From NCBI RefSeq assembly GCF_001194135.2, contig NC_068982.1:134076700-134115576 (forward strand): a stretch of 38,877 nucleotides of DNA, read 5' to 3'. The notes under the pieces were generated by a model that had not been told where the DNA came from, made no database searches, and saw nothing but the letters and a program-made list of their open reading frames with translations. Positions 11,820 through 22,684 of the stretch are shown one piece after another. The stretch comes from Octopus bimaculoides (lineage: Eukaryota). Position numbers and translations under genes: made by a program. The first letter of the stretch is position 1. Each line of letters begins with the position of its first letter.

Positions 11820-11906
11820 CTTGAGCCAAAGTTCTAATGTCGCTCATATTTTATATGAAATGCCGATAATATTTTATAGTGATAGCTGACTTTGGCAGAT
11901 GTTTGC
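11820..11906 (-). other. Candidate minus-strand exon with a consensus donor, possibly carrying a start codon (MSDIRTLAQ)
   Basis: Acceptor TGCATTGCTTGTGCAG and donor CAAG|GTGAGT. All three frames contain a stop, so it can only be a UTR, start-codon or non-coding exon. Confidence 0.25.
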
Positions 11907-12726
11907 CTGCACAAGCAATGCATGCTTCTACACTACGAAAAATTATTTCCCGCGTTCGTCGTGGTGTCTATCACAATTTCGCTCTCATCAGTGGCGGATG
12001 CAGCGGTGTTGCCCTAGTTGCTCAGGCAACACCCTTTCTACCCGAGCCGTTGTAAATATAATAACATTGTTATTTTATTTCCAGCAGTTTCACAGCATTA
12101 ATGTTTCATATGCATATGGTCTGCTAAAACAAAGTTAGAATACATAAAAATGTGTCCATTTGTTACGAATTGCGATTCCCACCTTATATAGTATTTTCTT
12201 TGAAACTTTTGGGCAATACCCACCAAAAAAGTCTTAGATCCCACCTGCTCATTGCGGTCGAATTTGCAATACATTTTTGCGAAGTCGACAAGTAATTTCC
12301 ATCTGTCGTTAGGGAATGTAATCGAATTGATTTCGATAGAAAGAACGACATGCATTACACAAAAATTCAAGGAAAATATAACAACCTCGACTGAGGACGT
12401 GTTATTTGCAGACATCTTCGTCTTCAGTTTATAATATAACAATCGCAATTGAGCAATTCTCTTTACCGGGTCATCATATTTTTGTGACAGTGCTTCTGAT
12501 TGGCTCAACGTCAATGCTTACGAAATTTGAAAGCTGAGAATATTTATTTATTTATCTATTTATTTATTTTTATACATTAAACGTGGAATTTTATGGATTT
12601 TGGTATCACTTATGAGCGGTACCTACATCCATATCATTTGATTGTTATATCCAGTAGGTCAGCAGCCACGTAGATCTCAGAATCTCTTACTTCACACATG
12701 TATATTGATTACACATACTTACACAT

Positions 12727-12861
12727 ACTTGATTTATCGACCCCGAAAGGATAAAAGGCAAAGTCGACCTCAGCGGAATTTGAACTCAGAACGTAAAGAC
12801 AGGCGAAATACCGCTAAGCATTTCGCCCGCCATGCTAACGTCTCTGCCAGCTCGCCGCCTT
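12727..12861 (-). mobile_element. SINE family B head and core, without tail
   Basis: Reverse complement: AAGGCGGCGAGCTGGCAGAGACGTTAGC...GTCGACTTTGCCTTTTATCCTTTCGGGGTCGATAAA. Confidence 0.9.
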
Positions 12862-12883
12862 AATACGTATCAATAATGCTTAC

Positions 12884-13394
12884 TCCATGTGGGTGGTAAA
12901 GCTGAATTTTACCCTGTCAGTATTTATAGAATTTATTATAGGAACCAATGGCTAACCCTGCAAAATGGTAATGGGAAAATTATAAAATGATTAAGATGGC
13001 TAGACGCAATCCAAAACCAAAAGGAATTCACCGTCACTAAAAAGTGACGAAGGGTACAGGAATCACCGGTATTGCTTGAAATAAGAGTCAAAGACGAATC
13101 AGCCTCTGATTCCTATCGTAAATTCTATAAATACTGACAAAGTAAAATTCAGCTTCACCACTCGCATGGATGAGCATTAATTTCCATACGAAATTGGCAA
13201 GCCAATCTAATGTCTCGCTTGTGGTGGGAAGTCTGTCTCCCTTGTCAGTAAATAAGACATGTGCTTTTGTGGCAAAAGAGTCTTTGACTCTTATTTCTAG
13301 CAATGCTGGTGTTCTCTGCAGCCTTCATCACATTTTAGTGGCAGTGAATTATTTCCCTTTTGGTTTTGAATTGTGTCTAGCCACCTGAATTATT
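12884..13394. repeat. Two interleaved inverted repeats: A 12884-12935 / A' 13119-13170 and B 12986-13095 / B' 13280-13394
   Basis: A versus revcomp(A') matches at 47/52. B and B' are about 110-bp arms, e.g. TGCTTGAAATAAGAGTCAAAGAC versus GTCTTTGACTCTTATTTCTAGCA (22/23). Confidence 0.9.
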
Positions 13395-13597
13395 GTGTGT
13401 GTGTGTGTGTCCGTCCTCCAATACCGCTTGGCAACCGTTGTTGGTTTGTTTATATCTCCGATCCATCAGTTCAGCAAAAGCGACCGATAGAATAAGTATC
13501 CGGCCTTAAAAACGTAAGTATTAGCGTCGATTGCTTTGACTAAGTTCTTCAAGGCGGTACCCCAGCACGGCCGCAGTCCAATGGCTAAAACAAGTAA
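13395..13597 (+). mobile_element. SINE family A 3' half (diverged)
   Basis: (GT)n then CCGCTTGGCAACCGTTGTTGG...GACCGATAGAATAAGTA...CCAGCACGGCCGCAGTCCAATGGCTAAAACAAGTAA. Confidence 0.85.
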
Positions 13598-13679
13598 GCA
13601 ACACCTCCCCCATCCACACACGCACACACGAGGGAGTGAACAAAGGAAAGACAGTATCACTCAATACAGTATGACTTAA

Positions 13680-13739
13680 CTCCGCATTACATTAAGTTTC
13701 GTAGTCATAGGATAGACCCACCTCATCAGATGTTCGGAA
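13680..13739 (-). ncRNA. Type I hammerhead ribozyme motif
   Basis: Minus strand: UUCCG-AA-CAU CUGAUGA G[GUGGGUCUAUCCUAUGACUA]C GAAA C-UUAAU-GUA/AUG-CGGAG. The core nucleotides are intact. Stem I is 3+5 bp around an AA bulge, stem II is bulged and stem III is 2 bp. Predicted cleavage is between 13688 and 13687. Confidence 0.7.
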
Positions 13740-13859
13740 CATTGGCGTGTTTTCCACTCACGAAACTGTAAGTAATGTGACGCTGTGTGAAACTGTTTTT
13801 TAAATACATACGCGCGTGCGAGTTTTGGCGAGTTGGTGTTATCAAGCAGGTAGTTATGA

Positions 13860-14300
13860 GAGTTGAATGATATGTAGTGGATGTAGGTAGATACAGCAAT
13901 GGTGAAGACAGTAGTTGTTATTGCGGTTTTGGTGGTAGTGATGGCTGTGGTTATGATGTAGTTTGCAGGGATATGTTGTTATGGCCGTCTGAGGGATTAG
14001 AGTGTTGGGAGAAGGTTGGGGAGGGGCTATTACGTTTGAAGTGCTGATTTTAATTTTTGGTAGCCATAATGGTGATGGCGATAGTAGTGATGGTGATAGT
14101 GGTGGTGAGGTGGTGTGGTGGCAGTAGTGATGATAGTAGTGATGGTATTATGATGGTAGCAGTGGTAGTAGTAGTAGTGGTGGTGGTGGTGGTGGTGGTG
14201 GTGGTGAAAGGGGAGCCAAGAATATATCGGAGCTATAGAGTTAAGAGGGATCATAATTCTCGTCATCNNNNNNNNNNGGTGGTGGTGGTGGTGGTGGTGT
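13860..14300. repeat. Degenerate (GTG/GTA/GAT)n trinucleotide tract (gap 14268-14277)
   Basis: Read directly from the sequence; it is the source of the poly-H and poly-V ORFs. Confidence 0.9.
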
Positions 14301-14800
14301 TATAATAACCTCAACGACATCTCAGAACAAGAAGCGCTTAAGTTGTAACATAATTAAGTTAATTGGATTTCTAACCAAGTCGCATGTTGGTGGGGCAGGG
14401 AAGGGCTGTAGGGTGTAGGGACGAGGTGAAAGGAAGATACATTATACTTTTCATAATTGTCTGTCTGTGTATACCCATCCACTGGTGACTATAACTGTTG
14501 TGTAGTTGAACCGTAGATTAATATATAGATAAGTAGACTCGCCCCACCCCATTTACTTGTTTACCTGACAGAGAAGGTGGTCCTTTTGTTTTACCTTTGA
14601 TATCGCTTGGTTTAGACGTGAAGCTCCCTGTCGGGCCACTGTACTGTCTTTTTCGGTTCGTTGGATCAGTGACTCTTCCCTGGGTACTATACTGTCAGGC
14701 CCAGTGTCGCCCCTTTTTCCTTTACTATCAGTCCTGTCATACTCAGTATCGCTCTGTTTTTTCCTATTGGTCTATTTGGTTGGCGTGTTACCCTCTTCTT

Positions 14801-15030
14801 ATTTCTTTATTGCCCACAAGGGGCTAAACATAGAGGGGACAAACAAAGACAGACAAAGGGATTAAGTCGATTACATCGACCCCAGTCCGTAACTGGTACT
14901 TAATTTATCGACTCCGAAAGGATGAAAGGCAAAGTCGACTTCGGCGGAATTTGAACTCAGAATGTAACAGCAGACGAAATACCGCTAAGCATTTCGCCCG
15001 GCGTGCTAACATTTCTGCCAGCTCGCAGCC
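14801..15030 (-). mobile_element. Full-length SINE family B, tail-2, with a 21-bp TSD
   Basis: TTGGCGTGTTACCCTCTTCTT at 14780-14800 and 15031-15051. Confidence 0.95.
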
Positions 15031-15274
15031 TTGGCGTGTTACCCTCTTCTTTTTGTTATATGGGGCTTCTGACCGTAAATGGCGACCATAAATCTGCACG
15101 TGTATGTCAGATTTGGACAAGACATTTTTTCTTTCTTTTTTAAGAAGACCAGCAGTTGTCCATGTATTCAAAGTAACCCCTCTACACGCCACCACCGATA
15201 TTTATCCAAGAGAAAGGCCCTCGACTTGCACTGAAACAGGTTGGTACAAATATTGTCGCGAACGTAACAGTTAG

Positions 15275-15500
15275 AACGTAAAGAGCTAGAGTCGATATCG
15301 CAAAGTATTTTTCGACCCTCTAATAGTTCTGCCACCATTCTCAGCCTGAATAGTACTTTTTTCTTTTATCAATTTAAAAAAAAATAAATGGAGATGAAAA
15401 GCAAAGCTGACTTCAGCAGGACTCGAACATGGAGCTCAGGGAGTCGGTAGAAGCACCCACGGCATTCTAATCAACACACTAACGACTGAGTCAATTCACC
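15275..15500 (-). mobile_element. Two heavily decayed SINE family B-like fragments
   Basis: Residual motifs CGCAAAGTATTT..CTAATAGTTCTGCCA and GATGAAAAGCAAAGCTGACTTCAGCAGGACTCGAAC. Confidence 0.55.
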
Positions 15501-15949
15501 ACTCACACTTTTGTCATTGTCTAACCCCGAAGTCCTTCTTCCTTACTAACTGTCTAATTAAGTCTATCTCTCCTTTATACACCAAATACGCTTGAATTAT
15601 GATGGTATCTGGCTGGTTGTTCTATCCCCCTTTTTTTCCAGTTACTATACTGTTGACTGAATGTGCCCTTAGTCACTGTACTATTGATTGGTATCCAACA
15701 CCCTTGTTTTGAGGTACCTAACTTGATTGTTTGTCCTTTGTCCTTCGTTACAGTATAGTGTGGTTGTTTTCATTTATAGTTACTGCAACTGTTTAACATC
15801 ATATCAGAAAGTATTTTAAAGTCAATATACATATATTTTATTGAACTCGGAAGGATGAATGGTCAAGTCAACTCCAGCTGGATAATGAAAACTAAAATAA
15901 GTCATAACTAAATACAGAAACATTGGTTCAGTGATGCAATCCGATATAC

Positions 15950-16590
15950 TGTAGAGTAGCGCAATGTTATATAGTGTGACGTTCTGTAGTGTATTTAGTG
16001 GAATAAAGTGCAATCTAGTGTTCTATTGTGTAGTGTAGTGTACTACGACGTGGCGTTGAGTAGTGTGTTTTAGCATAATTTAGTTCGGTGTAGTGTACTG
16101 AAGTGTAATATGATGTGATGTAGTTTGGTATGAAGTAAAGCTTAGTATAGTGTATCATAATGTCATTTAGTGCTGTGTAGTGTAGAGAAAAACCAAGTCT
16201 AGTTTAATGTAGCAAAGGCATGTGGCTTAGTGGTTAGGGTGTTCAGCTCACGGTTGTATGGTCGTGTGTTCCATTACCGGCGGCGCGTTGTATCATTGAG
16301 CAAGACACTTTATTTCATGTTGCTCCTGTCCACTCAAATGACAGAAATGAGTTGTACCTGTATTTCAAAGGTACAGCTTTGTCACATTCTGTGTTATGCT
16401 GAATCTCCCCCAAGAACTGCATTAAGGGTGTGTCTGTCTGTGGAGAGCTCAACCATTTGCACGTTAATTTCACGAGCAGGCTGTTACGTTGCTCGGTTTA
16501 GTGTAGAGGAATCTAGTTTAGTTCAGTGTCGTTTGATGCAGTGTAGAGTACTGGACTTTAAGTAAAAGGTAGTGTCGTGTGATGTAGAGC
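15950..16590. repeat. Degenerate (TAGTG)n-like pentamer tract interrupted by a SINE
   Basis: Recurrent GTGTAGTGTAGT units at 15950-16200 and 16500-16590. Confidence 0.8.
16215..16495 (+). mobile_element. SINE family C variant (different middle, same 3' domain as 3251-3630)
   Basis: GGCATGTGGCTTAGTGGTTAGGGTG head; TTGAGCAAGACACTTTATTTCA middle; TTGCACGTTAATTTCACGAGCAGGCTGTT 3' domain. Confidence 0.8.
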
Positions 16591-16620
16591 TTGGAGTTTC
16601 TTTCAATATGTTTTCATGCT

Positions 16621-16840
16621 AGGGCGGCGAGCTGGTAGAATCGTTAGCACGCCGGGCGAAATGCTTGGCGGTATCGATATTTCGTCTGCCGTTACGCTCT
16701 GAGTTCAAATTCCGCCGAGGTCGACTTTACCTTTCATCCTTTCGTGGTCGATAAACTAAGTACCAGTTGCGTACTGGAGTCGATCTAATCGACTGGCCCC
16801 CTCCTTCAAAATTTCGGGCCTTGTGCCTAGAGTAGAAAAG
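16621..16840 (+). mobile_element. Full-length SINE family B, tail-1, with a 16-bp TSD
   Basis: AATATGTTTTCATGCT at 16605-16620 and 16841-16856. Confidence 0.95.
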
Positions 16841-16927
16841 AATATGTTTTCATGCTTCAGGTGGCAATTGTTAAACTGAACTCAACATATTCAATCAATC
16901 CAGTATTCTCCACATCAGCAACTTATT

Positions 16928-16966
<39 letters not shown>

Positions 16967-17742
16967 TGTTTTGTTTGCTTCTTTTTCTCACAGTCCTTCC
17001 GTCTGGCACCCAGTGGAGGCAAGGATATAACCAAGCAGCTGGTGCAAGCCAGGCAGTCAGCTATTAAAGGTGTGACTTGAAACAAGTAAATAGATAAATA
17101 AATAAATAAATAAATAAATAATGGTTGTGTGTTTTATAAGCTATGTCTAGCCCGGCTATAGTAGGGCTATATATGGTGTAACATTCGCCAAATGACGTGT
17201 CAGATGTAGATATCGGTGGGGGAACATATGACAAATATTTTGAATGAAAACAAATGTGTGTCGTAAATAAAGTAAAACAATTAGACCAGCTGAGGGAAAG
17301 AAACGTGTTAACGTGTTTATTGGTTCGCTGTTGTTATTGAGGACAAGGGTGGCGGTGCTAGAGATGGCGGTGCGGTGCTTTTAGCAGTGGTGTTGATGAC
17401 GTCGGCGACAGAGGTGATGATGATGATGTTGGTGGTTGCCCTGGTGGTGGTACGGTGACAGCGTTTTTTCTGGTTGCGGCAGAATAGGAACGGGACAGAA
17501 AAATTAATGAAATATAAAGTACAACATTTAAAATATATAAAAAAAAATATATGTAAATATAAAAAAATTTTTTTTTTCAGCATTTGTCATTAATTATGTT
17601 AATAGCGACTGTTTATAAACGGTCGGATAAGTTTAATAAAATATTAATATTTATTCGGCTGAGTCCTCAAAACGGAATTTGGCTGGGGGTGGGCGGCGGT
17701 GGATTGGCAGTAATGGAAACAATTACAGCTGCAAATCGATAC

Positions 17743-17744
<2 letters not shown>

Positions 17745-17803
<59 letters not shown>

Positions 17804-17865
17804 TTCTTTATTAACCTCAAGGGTTTACATTGAGAAAAACATGGACAATACAGGACAAAACAAAA

Positions 17866-17870
<5 letters not shown>
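17745..17870 (-). mobile_element. Retroposon 3' tail fragment with (ATT)n/(ATTT)n tail
   Basis: Reverse complement ...CCCTTGAGGTTAATAAAGAAATTATTATT resembles the end of tail-2. Confidence 0.5.
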
Positions 17871-17905
<35 letters not shown>

Positions 17906-18657
17906 TGTGTGTGTTGTGAGGGTTTTGCGTGTAAACAAAACTAACGAAATTATAAAAAAACAAAGAAACAAATTAACATTGGCAACAACAAAAAAATGAG
18001 ACAAAAACAACAGAATATCCTCTTCACTAGACATACATTTACACTCTTACACCCTCCCTACACGCACCCGTACACACACACAGACAGACACACGCACATG
18101 CACACGCACGCACGCACGCTCGCACACACACGCACAAACAGAGCCACCACTACGACTGCCAGAAATTCTGAAGAACAAAGCAGATATGTGTATGATGATG
18201 GGATGCATAAAATAATATGTTTACTAAATGATTCGTACAAGTGAGTCAATGATTGAATTGTGCCACCACTCGTCGTCAGCGGAAGTCGACAGCTTCGGCA
18301 GACAGGATCTAAATTTGAAACCGTTTAATGGGAGGTTGTTTTGTGGAGGGTGAATTCATTACACTCTCGGTAACAACTTTCTAGATAAAACGGAATCATC
18401 CAACAATAATTGAAAGGGGAAAGACGACCATAACCATAAGCAAAGTGATCCAAATGATTTGATTACAGTAAACTGTTCAGAAATACATTTATACATTTAT
18501 TTATTATTTCTATTTATTTAGTGTTTGACACAACAGATTTTGCGCTCTTTTGCTTTTAGCTACATATGACGATGTTTTTGTAGCTATTGTCACTTGATGA
18601 CTTGGAAATGGTGACAATAATACGAGATAGAAATTTGTTGCAATCAGAGGTAATATA

Positions 18658-19100
18658 GGCGCAGGCGTGGCTGTGTGCTAAGAAGCTTGCTTCCCAACTA
18701 CACTGATCCGGGTTCAGTCCCATTGCGTGGCACCTTGGGCAAGTGTCTTCTGTTAATGGCCTCGAGCCAACCAAAGCCTTGTGAGTGGATTTGGTTGACA
18801 GAAACTGAAAGAAGCCTGTCGTGTGTGTGTAATCCTCTACTTGTTTCATTCATTTGACTGCGATCATGCAGGAGCACCGCCTTTTAATGTTTTTTTTTTT
18901 TAGTCGAAGGATTTATTCTTTGTAAGCTTAGTACTTATTCTATTGGTCTTTTTGGCCGAACCGCTAGATTACGAGGACGTAAACACTCCAACAACCGGTT
19001 GTCAAACGATGGGGGGGGGGGTGCGGACAAACACAGATACAAAGACATACATACATACATACATACATACACAGACACAAAGACATACATACATACATAG
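18658..19100. mobile_element. SINE family A with the 5' half on + (18658-18830) and the 3' half on - (18839-19100)
   Basis: GGCGCAGGCGTGGCTGTG...GAAAGAAGCCTGTCG(TG)n is followed immediately by the reverse complement of the family 3' half (TACTTGTTTCATTCATTTGACTGCG...GTCAAACGATGGGGG). Confidence 0.85.
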
Positions 19101-19321
19101 TGGAAGTCGATCTGTGACCGAGTAAGACATCTGAAACTCATATCATTATAAGAAACACTTTCCGTTTGCTTTCGTTATCGCTGATGACGTCTCATATGAC
19201 TCTTAAAGCCTACAAATGACTTGCAAGTTATTCCACTGTGATTACAAGCTGTGTTTTTTTACACGTACACGCGCGTACAATATCTACCATTCAGAAAAGA
19301 GCAAGATAAATTCAGTCACCA

Positions 19322-19378
19322 CAGTAATCCCTCGACTATCGCGGGTGTTACGTTCCAAACACCGCCGCGCACGAAATA
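19322..19378 (+). mobile_element. Tigger/pogo-like MITE terminal fragment
   Basis: CAGTAATCCCTCGACTATCGCGGGTGTTACGTTCCAAACACCGCCGCG resembles a Tigger-type TIR and its following hairpin; no partner end was seen. Confidence 0.6.
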
Positions 19379-19499
19379 GAAACAGTACTCATTTCATTTC
19401 ATTTTCATTTTATCTAGTTTCAACTCATGAGCTGTGGCCATGCGGGGGCACCGCCATTTGGTGTTGTTACATAATTTTACTTCACGAATTTTACTTCAG

Positions 19500-19740
19500 G
19501 AATTGACATTTGGTGCATGAGAGGATGCAGCTGCCCTCATCTGCACATCCTGCCGCGAAGTTGGCTCATCTGGGACACTTGACAGGAAGAGGTCCAGCTT
19601 TATTTTGAAGACACCTACATCCACCCCATGCAGGTCTCTCAGGTCCTTCGGGAGGATATTGAAGAGACTCAGAAACATGTCTCTGAATGCAGGTTTAGCT
19701 GGGTGGAGGTGCTTGTCTTCCCCTTGTAAACATAAGGACA
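19500..19740 (-). mobile_element. CR1/L2-group LINE ORF2 C-terminal fragment
   Basis: LFNILPKDLRDLHGVDVGVFKIKLDLFLSSVPDEPT...RAAAS resembles the CR1-group ORF2 C-terminus. Confidence 0.75.
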
Positions 19741-19899
19741 CAAGAAATGTGTCAAGGCCGACAGGAAGCGGTGCTGCTTCCTAGGTCTAAACAACAGTAG
19801 TATTATTCCCTTCATGGGACTGTCACATTAAGTTGACAGCATGCAACTACTTCAACGTATCACTACTGCATAAATCTCTCTGAGAGATTTAGAAATGTA

Positions 19900-20148
19900 T
19901 TATTTCTAACACACCACTTGTTCGGCAGGCTCTCTATTCTCCCGACTTGGCACTGTGTAACTTCTGGCTCTTCCCCAAACTGAAAACCATGATAAAAGGA
20001 AAGCGATTTCAGTTGGGAGATGATATGAGAAAAAAAACACAATAGCGGAGCTCCATAGCCTTCCATAGAGGGCGTTCCAAAGGTGTTACCAGCAGTTGCA
20101 GAACCGCTGGGAGAAGTGTGCAAAGGGAGTATTTTGAAGGTAATTAAA
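19900..20148 (+). mobile_element. Mariner transposase C-terminal remnant
   Basis: YSPDLALCNFWLFPKLKTMIKGKRF...AFQRCYQQLQNRWEKC..KGEYFEGN* (YSPDLAP motif and typical mariner C-terminus), with frameshifts. Confidence 0.85.
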
Positions 20149-20237
20149 TAAAATATGTGAAATGTACAAAATTAGCTTTTAAAAAGCGTTTCAATCATGT
20201 CCATCCTATCTTTTCTGCATCAAAGATTACATTTTAC

Positions 20238-20425
20238 AATTTGTCCTTTCGTTTTAGACGGTAGAATGAGAATTGGAGAATTTTTGTCCACTTCTTCCTC
20301 TAGCTCCGAAGTAGAGAGACTAGAGGCAAGAGGCATATACAAGAATCTATGAGGAAACATTTTCAGTAAATTGAGCTTAAACAAGAAACCTCTAATTTTG
20401 CCATATGATTCGTCCCCAGGGGTGA
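20238..20425 (-). CDS. Candidate internal exon xTPGDESYGKIRGFLFKLNLLKMFPHRFLYMPLASSLSTSELEEEVDKNSPILILPSKTKGQI
   Basis: Acceptor ATTTTTACTTTACAAG, donor ATT|GTAAAA, and a 62-codon open frame in AT-rich DNA. No family recognised. Confidence 0.3.
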
Positions 20426-20751
20426 CTTGTAAAGTAAAAATATTTCTAATCATCACATTGCTAGGATGAGTTGTACCCTAGGTGGGGTACTGCTCGTCCT
20501 AGTAATGTGTTGATTAGCATTGTGAATAAATGGAATGAGTTTGCTGAATCACTGTAAGATAAAGCTAAGTCAATAATTTCGGACTGAGCTCGTGTAGGCA
20601 TGATGAAAGGTGTTCCACCTATCTTATATTCAGACAATGTACAAAGGACTACGTTATCCGATGTGATCCTCCTTTTTAAGAAGGTAGGATATGATTTGAA
20701 GTTTTAGTGACTACTTCCCATATGTAGAATGACTGTTTGGAGACTCCCTTA

Positions 20752-20753
<2 letters not shown>

Positions 20754-20823
<70 letters not shown>
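20754..20823. repeat. (GT)n microsatellite
   Basis: Read directly from the sequence. Confidence 0.95.
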
Positions 20824-20825
<2 letters not shown>

Positions 20826-21373
20826 CGAGTGGGCAAGCGAGATTAAATTAATCATTTCCTTACGTGCATATTTCGTTGTTTGCTCCCCGAGAAGTACCAT
20901 CACATTATCCGTTTAATAAATAAACTCATAATTAATGCAATCAGTACATTCATTATGATTTCACATCTCCATGTATTTGGGAAGACTTCATTGGTCGATA
21001 TTCTCCGTTACCCCATCATACCAGTGGTCATGTTATCCCCATGGCTTTCCCTATCACTTTCCTTCCGCTCATATTAAACGTCCATTGCTTTCAATACTGC
21101 ACAGTTAAGCGCTCCAGTTGTTTTCATCAAATAATTAGTTACATAATCAGTGAAGAGAAAGATAACATCTTTCTTCATCACACTTGAAGGAACTACTTTA
21201 GAAATGTTTCAGAATTTGATCAAGATTACCTCGTTAATTACCTTTCCTTTATTGTACAGAAGCATTATCGATACACGAAGTAATTGCAACCTGTTCGGCT
21301 CTTTTGTCTTTATACAATTGTATGACAGAAACATTGATGTACCCTTAAGAAGTAACTGAGCTAACGGCAGTGG

Positions 21374-21720
21374 TGTAGCGTAGAGTGAACGGACTGCACA
21401 AGATGGCCACTTTATTAAAAGTGTGTCTGATATGGTCGAAAGTATGTTACGTTAAGGGAGTGACCAGCCAATTTGGTTACTGCACAGGGCGGCCAAAACG
21501 GCAGCGTAGTTGGTGGGGCGGGGGAGAACGGCCTGCTCCGTGCGGCGCTTTTATGGGGATGGTACTTTTGAATTAGTCTATATGGTGAGCGACAGAGTGT
21601 GGAGGAGGGGCAGCGAGGTGCGGAGGAAGCGCAATGAGATCTGGTGGGGCAGTAAACTCAAGGATCGCTCAGGGCAACACACATTCTTTATACGTCACAG
21701 TGCCAAGACCTGTGTTACGT
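21374..21720 (-). mobile_element. LTR-like GC-rich segment (or a promoter)
   Basis: Minus strand: TATAAAGAA (21686-21694), a GC-rich body, AATAAA near 21410 and an end at ...CGCTACA (21374). No matching TSD or 5' TG end found. Confidence 0.4.
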
Positions 21721-21898
21721 TACTCATCAACAGTTCATTAAGTTATCACGTTGATTTCAAGTAACGAAACATTGTTGAGCAAAGCATTTCATTTCTCGTT
21801 GCTCTGGTCTATTCAGTTGCAATGAGTACCACTCGGGTGCTTGTGCACCCCTCTTTTTCCCTCTCACCTATTCTCTCTCTCTCTCAATCCCTCCCTCT

Positions 21899-21899
<1 letters not shown>

Positions 21900-21964
<65 letters not shown>
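21900..21964. repeat. (ATCT)n microsatellite; a second copy is at 22134-22164
   Basis: Read directly from the sequence. Confidence 0.95.
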
Positions 21965-22133
21965 GTAGGTTAATCGTTTCTTTTTATTTAGTATTTTTTC
22001 ATTTGTCTTGCCCTTTTACAGTCTGTTGTGTCGCTAAATTCTTACTGAGAACATATTTTTCGTGGTTAGATGATTCGGCATCTATTTCTAGCATATAGGA
22101 GTCCACTTTTGTTGGTCATTCCTCTTATTTTTG

Positions 22134-22165
<32 letters not shown>

Positions 22166-22684
22166 ACATTCTGGATGTTCCGCTGAAGGATGAAAGGATG
22201 TCTATGGCTACTCGCGACAACATCGGTATCTAAAACAAAGAACAAAAAGCATGATATACATTATAAAAGGCTACACTCACTTGCGAATGATAGCTGGCTA
22301 TATGTACTATTGCATACACCGTACTATCGACGTAACCAAGAAGGATTTCGATCGAAGAGGGTTTTCAGTTCTTAAAATCGATCACTTTTAACCATCTCAT
22401 TTGTGGAAAATACAAAATTAAAATAAATGTTCGATAACAATTATAATTATATGGGACTGCATCAGTATTCATCCGAAGTTGTCTAACTCGATGCTATGGC
22501 TTCGTACGTGTGCGTGTATATTGCAGACGCTTTAACCAACTATATAACTGCATACATCACTTACTATATCATTTACTATACTGATACCAAAAGGAGATAT
22601 CAAAATTATGGCAAAATATAACATACCCTAATTCCACTCACAGTAACTAGAATACTCAATCAATAACACAAAACAAAATATTAG

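Noticed and set aside
11975-11995. Minus-strand CUGAUGAGAGCGAAA ultra-minimal hammerhead core
   Set aside because: Stem II is 1 bp and no stem I pairing is possible with the flanks.
13040-13095. UGACGA...GAAA...GUC hammerhead-like spacing in the B arms of the inverted repeat
   Set aside because: Both arms have G instead of the core C3, stem I cannot form and stem III is not credible.
18235-18280. Minus-strand CUGACGA followed by a partial stem
   Set aside because: No GAAA at the right position (GAAU) and no stem I or III.
21241-21355. Open 114-nt minus-strand exon candidate LLLKGTSMFLSYNC..NKGK
   Set aside because: Its phase does not match the 20425 candidate and the peptide is uninformative; kept only as a donor note in the 21374 finding.
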